Source: Octopus vulgaris | Taxonomy: Eukaryota | Reading direction: 5' to 3' | DNA: 64,000 bases | Assembly (NCBI GenBank): GCA_951406725.2 | Contig: OX597834.1 | Coordinates: 41,540,001-41,604,000, forward strand | Shown here: piece after piece, positions 51,933-64,000 of the stretch | Position numbering within the stretch: position 1 is the stretch's first letter | Layout of the letters: each line of letters opens with the position of its first letter | Translations under genes and position numbers: made by a program | Notes under the pieces: model-generated | Told to the model about the DNA's origin: nothing | Seen by the model: only the letters and a program-made list of their open reading frames with translations | The model's database searches: none

Positions 51933-52260
51933 AAATAAATAAAATGGCTAATTTATTAGCTATTAAGCCACCTTAAAGCAAATTAATAGAGCTCACTAAA
52001 GCAGCGATTAGTACCAGAATTGCTAGAAATAAGAATCAAATCAACTCAAAAGCCACAAAGCGCTATCTTAATTATTGATAAAGGGGAGGTAAGCCCCTAG
52101 CGGATATAGCCAAATTGACGATTTCGGATTTTGATCCTCACCAGTAACTCTTACCGCTAGGATTAAACTCAACTCCTTATATTAGTCTTATAAGAATACC
52201 GTTGAAGCACATGCGCTGGTTTCAAAACGGCGAAAAGTGTAAACAATATATATATATATA

Positions 52261-52986
52261 TATTAAGGATTTTGTTTCTATTAAACTTTTAATACTTTTG
52301 ATATATATTTAAAATAATATAAATTAATTAATTTTACGTATTGGCTTATGTTTTTCATTGTTTGATTTGCCTAATAGTGGTTTTATCTCTAATTTAATAT
52401 AATTATGGAATTTACAGGTAAGATAGAACCGCTATTTTGGAATTCATCATTGAAGGATATTCCAGTACCTTCTAGGAAAGAATATATTTTGAAACTTATT
52501 AATAATATTAAGGATTTTGTTTCTATTAAACTTTTAATACTTTTGATATATATTTAAAATAATATAAATTAATTAATTTTATGTATTGGCTTATGTTTTT
52601 CATTGTTTGATTTGCCTAATAGTGGTTTTATCTCTAATTTAATATAATTATGGAATTTACAGGTAAGATAGAACCGCTATTTTGGAATTCATCATTGAAG
52701 GATATTCCAGTACCTTCTAGGAAAGAATATATTTTGAAACTTATTAATAATATTAAGGATTTTGTTTCTATTAAACTTTTAATACTTTTGATATATATTT
52801 AAAATAATATAAATTAATTAATTTTATGTATTGGCTTATGTTTTTCATTGTTTGATTTGCCTAATAGTGGTTTTATCTCTAATTTAATATAATATAATAT
52901 AATATATTTTACTATAAAATTGGATTTAATCCTAAATCTGATTTTTCCCTGTAAGTTTGGATTTATTCTCTAATATTTTATTATTA

Positions 52987-52990
<4 letters not shown>
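52261..52990 (+). repeat. 245-bp tandem repeat (~2.6 copies), probably the terminus of a Penelope-like element
   Basis: Units start at 52261, 52506 and 52751; related single copy at ~30040-30380; unit encodes NSSLKDIPVPSRKEYILKLI. Confidence 0.8.
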
Positions 52991-53059
<69 letters not shown>

Positions 53060-53627
53060 CGATATTGAACTTGTTATGTGATTCAATTTGGTAAGCAAGG
53101 CAGATATCTACTGCTTCGTAGCAGTAGCGTATCTTTGAAGCATTTGTGAGTGCTTCGAGAACAAACCTGTGATCGATGATCATCTAACCGTAATCATCTT
53201 TTGTTTTTCAGGTTTTAGTTAATATATGTAGGACTACATTTCCAATGCACGCTTTCTTATTTTATACATAGCTTTATTTTAAGTAGCCAGTGCTAGGCAA
53301 AATGGGTAGATATAATTATTGACCTGAAGTGTATATTCTTTTGTACGAAAAAGAAGTATTGACGATCGAATTAAAGATTAAACATTTTATCTTCATTGGC
53401 TGTTTGCCACCCAGCGCTGAGGCGCAAAACGCTTTTTATAATCTTCTTTTCTGATCTTCATTGTGTAACGAAGCTCTGAGGACATTTAACTCCGATTAAT
53501 AATAAACATGATACTTGATTTAATCACTCGATTAACTGAAGTAGTTTTCTTCCTAGTAGTTCATGAATCCCAAATGAAAAGGCATTGTTTTCATTTGGCG
53601 CCAATCCGACCCCATCTACCGTCCCTT

Positions 53628-54779
53628 AAACCGTTCCCATCCCTAAATGAGACAAATAACCAAGAAATCAAACAACTTTTTCGCATTTCAGCTTTATAGA
53701 TATTGATTAGAACAGCGGTCATTAATTAACATCATGAAATTAAAAGACACGTAATTGGGTGGCGGTTAATTTAGAGCAGTTTCCACCATAATATATTTAT
53801 TTCTTTATAGCTTTCACAGGTACAGCCAAATTTTGAAATTCTCAAGAATGAGATGAAGTTTCAAGAGACAAAACGTACATATTCTTGAGCGGTGGATCCA
53901 ATTTGCGGCCTAGTTTAACGCCATCGTTTAGTCTCTTGGGGGTCCCAAGTAGAGTACACAGTGTTGCAATCATTCAGACGAAGCTTCCCCCCTGTAGCTT
54001 TTTTTGAGCTACCCTTAAAATAAAAACAAGAACCGTCATAGGATAGATGTAAAATTAACAGCGGACCTTGAAGCAATCCAGAGAAGATTCACAAAGAAGA
54101 TCGTCTCTTTGCAACAGCTCAGCTACTGGGAAAGGTTGAAACAGCTAAGACTCTACTCCCTGGAGAGAAGACGGGAGAGGTATGCAGTAATATGTGTCTG
54201 GAAGATCCTGGAAGGAATTGTGCCAAGTTTTGGCATTGTAAGCTACACTATATTGCAATCATTCAGACGAAGCTTCTCCCTGTAGCTTTTTTTGAGCTAC
54301 CCTTAAAATAGAAACAAGAACCGTCATAGGGTAGATGTAAAATTAACAGCGGACTTTGAAGCAATCCAGAGAAGATTCACAAAGAAGATCGTCTCTTTGC
54401 AACAGCTCAGCTACTGGGAAAGGTTGAAACAGCTAAGACTCTACTCCCTGGAGAGAAGACGGGAGAGGTATGCAGTAATATGTGTCTGGAAGATCCTGGA
54501 AGGAATTGTGCCAAATTTTGGCATTGTAAGCTACACTATATTCCAATCATTCAGACGAAGCTTCCCCCCTGTAGCTTTTTTGAGCTACCCTTAAAATAAA
54601 AACAAGAACCGTCATAGGGTAGATGAACTCGTGTCAGCCAACCGCCACCCAATTACGTGTCTTTTAATTTCATGAGGTTAATTAGTGACCGCTGTTCTAA
54701 TCAATATCTATAAAGCTGAAATGCGAAAAAGTTATTTGATTTCTTGGTTATTTGTCTCATTTGGGGATGGGAACGGTTT
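53628..54779. mobile_element. Foldback-like element: 140-bp inverted repeats enclosing a tandemly duplicated LINE fragment
   Basis: 53628-53767 is the near reverse complement of 54640-54779; ~288-bp direct units at 53965/54254/54542 encode LEAIQRRFTKKI..LSYWERLKQLRLYSLERRRER (CR1/L2-type RT C-terminus). Confidence 0.8.
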
Positions 54780-55341
54780 GGCGCCAAAGTTTACACTGGG
54801 GGGTAAAATGGGGGTGGGCAATGGTGTGAGGAGGTTGTAAGTTGCTCGGGGCTACCGTTTGGTTGCCATGGTGAGGAATATGGGAAAAGGAGAAAAGAAA
54901 GAGTGGAAGAAGCGAAAGAAGAAAAAGAAGATAAAGACGGAGAAAAATTTTAAAATAAGAAAAAGAAAACGAAGAGGGCAATAAAAAGAACCAGGCAAAG
55001 AAGACGACCAAAAGAAAAAAGGGGACAACCCGCACAAAACACCACGACCACCACCACCAAAACCCGAGCGAAGCACGGCTCAAAATAGCTAGTTTATTAT
55101 AAAAGTATGAATTTCCAGATGTAGGCGCAGTCGTGGTGGTGAGGTAAGAAATTTGCTTCCCAATCACATGGTTACCGTTTCAGTCCTACCGCGTGACACC
55201 TCGGGCAAGCATCTTCTACAATAGCCTCCGCCCGACCAAATCCTCATCAAAGGATTTGGTAGGCCGAAACTGAAAGAAGGCGGACGAATTTTACCCAGGT
55301 AATCAGTTGCGAAGACCAGCTCATCGATGAATGTCAGGGTT

Positions 55342-55398
<57 letters not shown>

Positions 55399-55458
55399 CA
55401 AACCTAGTTCAAACCAATAATAGAAGAATACTTCTTCGAAAATTGTCATACTTATATA

Positions 55459-55540
55459 CCCTGAAGAGATCGTACTAATAATGCATAAATCGTATAAATA
55501 TGAAACAACATGTAGTTAATGCGATCGAAACAGGTGTCGG
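55459..55540 (+). ncRNA. Hammerhead ribozyme-like motif (stem I eroded)
   Basis: CUGAAGA 55461-55467; stem II GAUCGUA/UGCGAUC; GAAAC-AGGU-GUC 55527-55538; stem I only CC/GG. Confidence 0.55.
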
Positions 55541-57600
55541 ACAAGCCTGAAGTTTCAATGCTCGAATCCTTCATTCTTCTTCTTATCAATATTGTAGTTT
55601 ACACTCTAAGTAGCCAGGGAAAAGCTGTAACACTGGATGGGAGTTAAAGGAAGTTTACCAACAAACGAACTGTCTGAAGGTATTTATCATAGAGAAATTC
55701 GGTTTCTGCCTCGATATTATATTCCTCCTCTTACTATATGTGTGTGTGTGTCTTTGTGTCTGTATTTGTCCCCCCACCACCGTTTGACCACCGGTATTGG
55801 TATGTTTACGTTCCAGTAACTTAGCTGTTCACCAAAAGAAGGCGCCAAAATAAGTGCTAGGCTTAAAAAAGAATACTCTTTTACTCTTTTATTTGTTTCA
55901 GTTATTTGACTGTGGCCATGCTGCAGCATTGCCTTTAAGGCTTGAGTTCGATTTATTCAACTGAAAACTTTCAATGCGGTGCACCAGCATGGCACATGAT
56001 TGAAACAAGTAAAAGATAAAAGATAGCAGGAAGAAAAAATATTTAACTGATCAAGGAAGTACGATTGTCACCATGAGGTAGCTTACCGTCACCCTCTAGT
56101 GGATACATTAAACAACGAATTCATTCTGAAAGAAATATCTTTTGCGTCGTAAAAAACATGACATAAAGTTTTAAAATTCAGAACGAGTAAAAAAGCGAAT
56201 GAAAATATTTAATCTTGAACTTTGGCATCGGTTACTGTTTCTCGGTCAGAACAAATCTTCCTGATTAAATAATTAAAAGGCAATGGTTTTTTTTTTTTTT
56301 TCTGGCGCTTGCTCGGGTGTCACTAAGAATAAATGGGAGCCATAATTGAGCAATTATTTCGGCACGATCAAAATTGGAATTTCAAATTATGAGTTGACCA
56401 AGGTTCGGTTATATTTGTTTCTATACTATCATAGAGTACCATTTTTGAACAGTCGTTATAGTTGATATAATCTGCCTCATCTGAGAAACAGAAGTCCCTT
56501 TGGAGGGGCAAGCAATTTTATATTGAAGGAGATTTAAAATGTATTCAAGAGAGTTTTCTTATGTGAGAGCTCACCCATTTCACACGGTAAGAAGACCACT
56601 CAAACTCGAACAAATATATCAACAATATTGTCACTCACTTTATTAGAAATATTTGGCAAATTTGCCTCAAATCAGAACAAACTATTTATTAATATTTTCG
56701 CAGGAAGGAAGGATCTGCTCTCTACTACCGAAACAAAGTCCGATCATGGAAGTTTGGATAAAAGCAACAAGAATTGTGACAAAGCAAACTTTGCATAATT
56801 TTTTTTCTTCTACTTGCAGACTGTATTGCGTTAAGTGTCTCTTTGTTTCAGTTGTGAGTCCTGGCATCTCACGATTGTGCTGGAGATATTTAGTAGAGTT
56901 ACAAATAATTAGTAGAGTTACAAACTCCACTGATTATAAGTATGAATGTAAATAATGTAAATTATATAAGTAATGTAAGTTATATAAGCATTTGCTGTAC
57001 CAAAGTTTATTGTTGTAAAAGTACATTTTGAGCCTCCAAACACACGTTATCTTCTCCAGCCATTTGCACCAGTAATTTATTTCAAATTTTGAAAACGTTA
57101 GTTTAATATTTCCTTCATGCAGTGTTAATGACAGTAGCACTTGGAAGAGCAACTTTATCTGTTCTTAACCATTCCACGGACATATACATACGAGGGGACG
57201 CTGAAAAGTTCCTTGTTTTGGATAAAAGAAAATACAGGACGATCAGTTAATTATGATATTATTCTAGATATTCCCTTCTCAGATCCTCACACTTATTGCA
57301 GAGGTCCAGCAATAATTTTCAAACCCGGTAGAAGAACTCGGAAGGTTAGGTCCCCAACTTTTTAATCACATGAAGAAAGCGCGTTTTTCATGGTGCAATC
57401 GAACGATTGATCAATAGAAAATGTTCATATAAGTGAGTATATATATATATATATATTATAAGAAGGGCTTGGCTTGTTATAATTATGTATATAATTATAA
57501 AATATTTTTATTAATTTATCTACGAGGTTTTATTTCTGAGCTGACACTTGGTAAAAATCATTTATGAATTTACCTTTTATCATTATTTTAATCATCATCA

Positions 57601-57782
<182 letters not shown>

Positions 57783-57835
57783 GCACACACACACACACAC
57801 ACACACACTGGGATTCGAACTCACAACCTCACGAT

Positions 57836-58255
57836 CGTGACCTCGGCATAGCTGGAAAACTTGGAGTGTGGTTGCATGACTTCCTGAAAGATAGTAGTCA
57901 GACAGTAGTGGTTAATGGAGCCACCTCTATGAACACACAAATAGTGAGCGGTGTTCCACAGGGCACTGTCTTGGGACCATTGCTTTTTATAGTGGCCCTC
58001 TTAGATATGCCCTCAAATGCCCGGATAGCCACTCTGGCCAGCTATGCAGACGATACGAAAGTCTCGCAGAAAATACAGAACCCCAGCGATGTTGCACACC
58101 TGAAGCAGGAGTTGGACTCAATCTACAGATGGGCTGAAGATAATAATATGCAGTTTAATGCTGAAAACTTCGAGGCCCTACACTACCAGCATCCAAAACT
58201 GAATATTAAACTCACAGGATACACCGGTCCACGGGATTTCAATCCCAGAACCAGA
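57836..58255 (+). mobile_element. CR1/L2-type LINE reverse transcriptase fragment
   Basis: SGVPQGTVLGPLLF...SYADDTKV...LDSIYRWAEDNNMQFN. Confidence 0.88.
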
Positions 58256-58772
58256 ATGTTCGAATCCTTCATTCTTCTTATTCAACTGAAAACTTTCAAT
58301 GCGGTGCACCAGCATGGCACATGATTGAAACAAGTAAAAGATAAAAGATAGCAGGAAGAAAAAATATTTAACTGATCAAGGAAGTACGATTGTCACCATG
58401 AGGTAGCTTACCGTCACCCTCTAGTGGATACATTAAACAACGAATTCATTCTGAAAGAAATATCTTTTGCGTCGTAAAAAAACATGACATAAAGTTTTAA
58501 AATTCAGAATGAGTAAAAAAGCGAATGAAAATATTTAATCTAGAAGAACTCGGAAGGTTAGGTCTCCAACTTTTTAATCACATGAAGAAAGCGCGTTTTT
58601 CATGGTGCAATCCAACGATTGATCAATAGAAAATGTTCATATAAGTGAGTATATATATATATAATTATAACAAGGGCTTGGCTTGTTGTAATTACGAGGT
58701 TTTATTTCTGAGCTGACACTTGGTAAAAATCATTTATGATTTTACCCTTTATCATTATCTTAATCATCATCA

Positions 58773-58866
<94 letters not shown>
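58256..58866 (+). repeat. Deleted local duplicate of 55558-57720
   Basis: Mosaic of near-identical blocks from ~55558-55580, 55955-56214, 57329-57480 and 57521-57720. Confidence 0.85.
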
Positions 58867-58867
<1 letters not shown>

Positions 58868-58870
<3 letters not shown>

Positions 58871-61729
58871 TAGTTTTATTTTTTATAGCGTGCTTTCACT
58901 TCACTACCGAGCGCATCTCTGTGTGCCTTGGGTATGTGCTGTGATTTGTTGTGATGCTCTGATGGTTATGGTATGGAAAGTGTTCTGCGTAGGATGTGTG
59001 CAGTGCCTAGTAGTGCAATTTTCTGTATGTTATATGTGTTTGTAAGTCCTGGTGTTTTTTGTTATGTATTTGTCTGAATATTTTTTTATCATGCCTAATG
59101 CACCTACTATGATAGGAATTGTTTCTGTTTTTAGATTCCACATTCTGGTTACCTCCATATCCAGGTTCTTGTATTTTGAAAGTTTCTCCATTTCTTTTAG
59201 AGACACGTTGTCATCTGCCGGTATTGATACATCAATTAGAAAGCATTTTTTTCTTCATGATATCTGACAACTATATCTGGTCTGTTGGCCTTAATTTCTC
59301 TATCTGTGTGTATCGGCATATCCCAGAGTATGGTTGCTTTCTCGTTTTCTGTGACCTTTTCTGGTGTGTGCCTATACCATCTTCTTTCTGTTGTTATTCC
59401 ATAATGTTGGCATAGCTTCCAGTGTATGTAGGTTCCAACTCTGTCATGTCTGTGAATATATTCCTTCTTAGCCAGAACTCGGCAGCCAGAGATAATATGA
59501 TTTATTGTTTCTTGTCCATCTCCACATATTCTGCAGTTACTTGTAATATTTCTTGTCATTACATGTTTTTGGTAATTTCTGGTGTGGAGGCTTTGGTCTT
59601 GTGCTGCAATTAAAATCCCTCTGTCTCTGCTTTGAGTCCTGAGCTTCTCAACCATTGCTGGGATTTTTCTTTGTCTATTTCTTTTGCATTTAGTTTAGTC
59701 CAGTATTTACCGTGAAGGGGTTTTTCTGCCATCGTTTTATCATGGTTCTTTGCTGTTCTAGTTTTAGTTTGGATTTCATTTGTTTTATAGCTTTTGTTGT
59801 TTCTTCTTCTTCTTCTTCTTCTTCTTCTTCTTCTTCTTCTTCTTCTTCTTCTTCTTCTTCTTCTTCTTCTTCTTCTTCTTCTTCTTCTTCTTCTTCTTCT
59901 TCTTCTTCTTCTTTATATCTGTTAGGCGGTATGATTTCTTGTTTGTATTTGTCAGCTTCCTTAAATACTGAAAACAGTTTTTTGTTTTCCTCGTGTTTTG
60001 CCGCTATTTGTATCAGTTTTCCTTACTTCTGAAGTAGATATTTTTGCAGTCCTATGGTGGTTATTTTATAGTAGTTTTCCAGCTGTATAAGGCCTCTACC
60101 ACCTTCTATACGTTGTATATATAGTCCTTCTATGTCAGATTTTGGGTGATGCATCCTAGACCCTGTCATTATTTTTCTTGTTTTCCTATCTATTTTGGTC
60201 TGTTCATTTAGTGTCCAGTTAAGGATATTGTAGCTGTAACTTATAACTGGGTCAGCTAAAGTGTTAATACCTATTATCTTGTTTTTAAAATTGAGCTCTA
60301 TTTTTAGTATTGATCTGACTCGTCTATAATATTCTTTATTTATTTTCTCTTTCATTTGTGTGTTGTGTCTTATCTAGTTCATGGATTTCTAAGTATTTGT
60401 AAGTTTGGCTTTGGTCTAATTCTTTTATTTCATTGGTTTTATCTAGTGTGATGTTGCTACTCTTAACTAGTTTTCCTCATTTCATGGTTACTTTGGCGAA
60501 TTTTTCTAATCCAAATTTCATATCTATTTCTTTGGTAAATCCATGAACTGTCTTTAATAGTGTTTCCAGCTGTTTGTCATTTGCAGCGTATAGTTTTAGG
60601 TCATCCATATATAAAAAGTGGCTGATCGTTTTGCCGTAACATTTATATCCGCATCTAGTTCTATTTAGCATATCAGATAGAGGTGACATTGCCAAGCAGA
60701 AAAGGAGTGGAGAGAGCGTGTCTTCCTGGAATATTCCTCTTCTAATGGGGATGGCTTTGGTTTTCATGAGTCCCTCTTTTGTTTGGAGCTGTAGCACTGT
60801 TTGCCATTTATTCATAGAGTGCCCAAAGAATTTTATAATTGTTGGTGCTACTTTGTTAATGGCTAGTGTTTCGAGGATCCATGTCTGGGGGATGCTATCA
60901 AACGCCTTTTTGTAGTCGATCCAGGCCATACTGAGGCCTTTCTTCTTTCTGTGGCTGTCTTCAGTTATGGCTTTATTGATCATTAGTTGATCTTTACAGC
61001 CGTATGAGCCTTTGCGGCATCCTTTCTGCTCTTCTGGAAACAGGTTGTTTTCGTCTAGGTGCTTGTTCAACCTTTGCGATATCACTGCAGTAAATGCCTT
61101 GTACATCGTAGGGAGACAGGTTATTGGTCTGTAGTTTTCTGGTTTTGCTGTCCCATTTGATTTGGGAATTAAGATGGTTTTCCCCTTCGTGAGCCATTCA
61201 GGCATTGTCTCTGGCTCTGCTAGTACGTTGTTAAAGTTTTCAGCCAGCTTTTTGTGCATTCCTGTTAGATATTTCATCCAGAAGTTGGGGATCTTGTCAT
61301 GCCCAGGTGCCTTCCAGTTGCTTAGACTTTTCAGTGCCTGGGTGACCTTATCAGTTGTTATGGGGGTCCAAAGTTGCTCAGATGCTGAGTTTGTTGTTTT
61401 GATACTTCTTTTTTTTGGTTGTTCGTTCGCCGACCATATTTCTCTCCAGAATTATTCCACTTCTTCTGTCGTTGGTGCTACAGTGATTTCTATTTTATTT
61501 TTGCCAAGTTCTTGGTAGAACTTTTTGGGGTTGGAGTTGAACTTTTTGTTTTGGTCAAAGAAGCGCTGGCGTTTCTCGTACCGGCGGATCCTTTGTGCTT
61601 TGGCAAGGATATCTTGCTTCAGCTTATCTTTTATCTCAGGTAAATCTTTTTCTGTGATGTATTTTTGTTTTCTTTTTGTTGCTCAGTAGCGTTTATTGTC
61701 TACTGATTTCATTAAGAATCGACATATCT
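58868..61729 (-). mobile_element. R4/Dong-like non-LTR retrotransposon (RT plus restriction-like endonuclease), 5'-truncated and frameshifted
   Basis: RT motifs YRPITCL, DYKKAFDS, GIFQEDTLSPLLF, LYMDDLKLY (60477-61277); CRICGDGQETINHIISGC...RHD...RPDIV (59236-59655); internal (GAA)n expansion 59800-59912; (TAA)n on both flanks. Confidence 0.92.
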
Positions 61730-61753
61730 TATTATTATTATTATTATTATTAA

Positions 61754-61824
<71 letters not shown>

Positions 61825-61856
61825 ATATATATATACATATATATGTATATATATGT

Positions 61857-61894
<38 letters not shown>

Positions 61895-62210
61895 TCTTTT
61901 ATTCTTTTACACGTTTCACTGCAGTCATGCTAGACCCCCGCCTTCAACGGTTTCAGTCGAACAAATCGAACCCAGGAACTTCTGACTTGTAACACTACTG
62001 CTTATTCCATCGGTTTATGCAGAGCCGCCCAATTAAAGGGATATAAACACACCAACATCAGTTGTCATGTGATGGCTGGGGGGGGGGGACACACATACAC
62101 AAAATACACACACATAAATATTTATCTACATATATACGACTGCCTTTCAGTTTCCGTCTATTAAATCCACTCACCCGAAACTAGAGTGCACATGCATATT
62201 ATATATGTCT

Positions 62211-62315
<105 letters not shown>

Positions 62316-62376
62316 CATATATATATACATATATATATATATACATATATATATACATATATACATATATATATAC

Positions 62377-62409
<33 letters not shown>

Positions 62410-62411
<2 letters not shown>

Positions 62412-62718
62412 TTGAGACCCCCTTCGGTCATCACTGACCATGGGATTGCACCTAGAAAGTTACCCTCACAGGCACAAGTCCGAGCAAGGTTGTTTATGGA
62501 ATACCAGCAGTCGCCCATGCATACCGGCCTCCCCTCTCCACGCCACCAGTGTTATCCAAGGGAAAAGGCAAAGGGGCCGATACAGCTTGGCACCTGGGAC
62601 GTCGCAACGTGAAATAAAGTGCCTTGCTCAAGAACTCAATACGCAGCCCGGTCCGGGATTCGAACTCACAACCTCACGATCGTAAGCTCGACGCTCTAAC
62701 CACTGCGCCATGCCTTCA
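62410..62718 (-). mobile_element. SINE family D
   Basis: Head and tail match 10110-10930. Confidence 0.8.
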
Positions 62719-62719
62719 T

Positions 62720-63905
<1,186 letters not shown>

Positions 63906-64000
63906 TCCGAGTTGAGTCCCACTGCGTTGCACCTTGGGTATGTTAGTTTCAGGCCAACCAAAGCCTTGTGAGTGGATTTGATAGACGGAAACTTAAAGAA

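Overview
AT-rich, microsatellite-laden animal DNA. The SINE families and repeat landscape are most consistent with an Octopus (coleoid cephalopod) genome; this is an inference from recognising the repeats. Manual splice reconstruction gives a cluster of three paralogous cytoplasmic intermediate-filament (IF) genes of the protostome long-coil-1b type. IF-1 (+) is represented by its last 6 exons (272-6115) and has a lamin-tail domain but no CaaX. IF-2 (+) is a complete 11-exon gene (12726-35785, ~560 aa). IF-3 (-, 50022 to ~41056/38323) is convergent with IF-2 and appears almost headless and tailless: a rod-only protein of ~350-370 aa with diverged helix-initiation and helix-termination motifs. 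All junctions are GT-AG, phase-compatible and match between paralogues. Introns and intergenic DNA hold several tRNA-derived SINE families, Penelope-like fragments, R4/Dong-like LINEs in (TAA)n, mariner relics, two non-autonomous Helitrons, a foldback element and local duplications. Several minimal hammerhead-ribozyme motifs are visible, including one with an intact catalytic core in sense orientation in the last intron of IF-2 (35103-35163). Nearly all ORFs in the supplied track are microsatellite or repeat artefacts.
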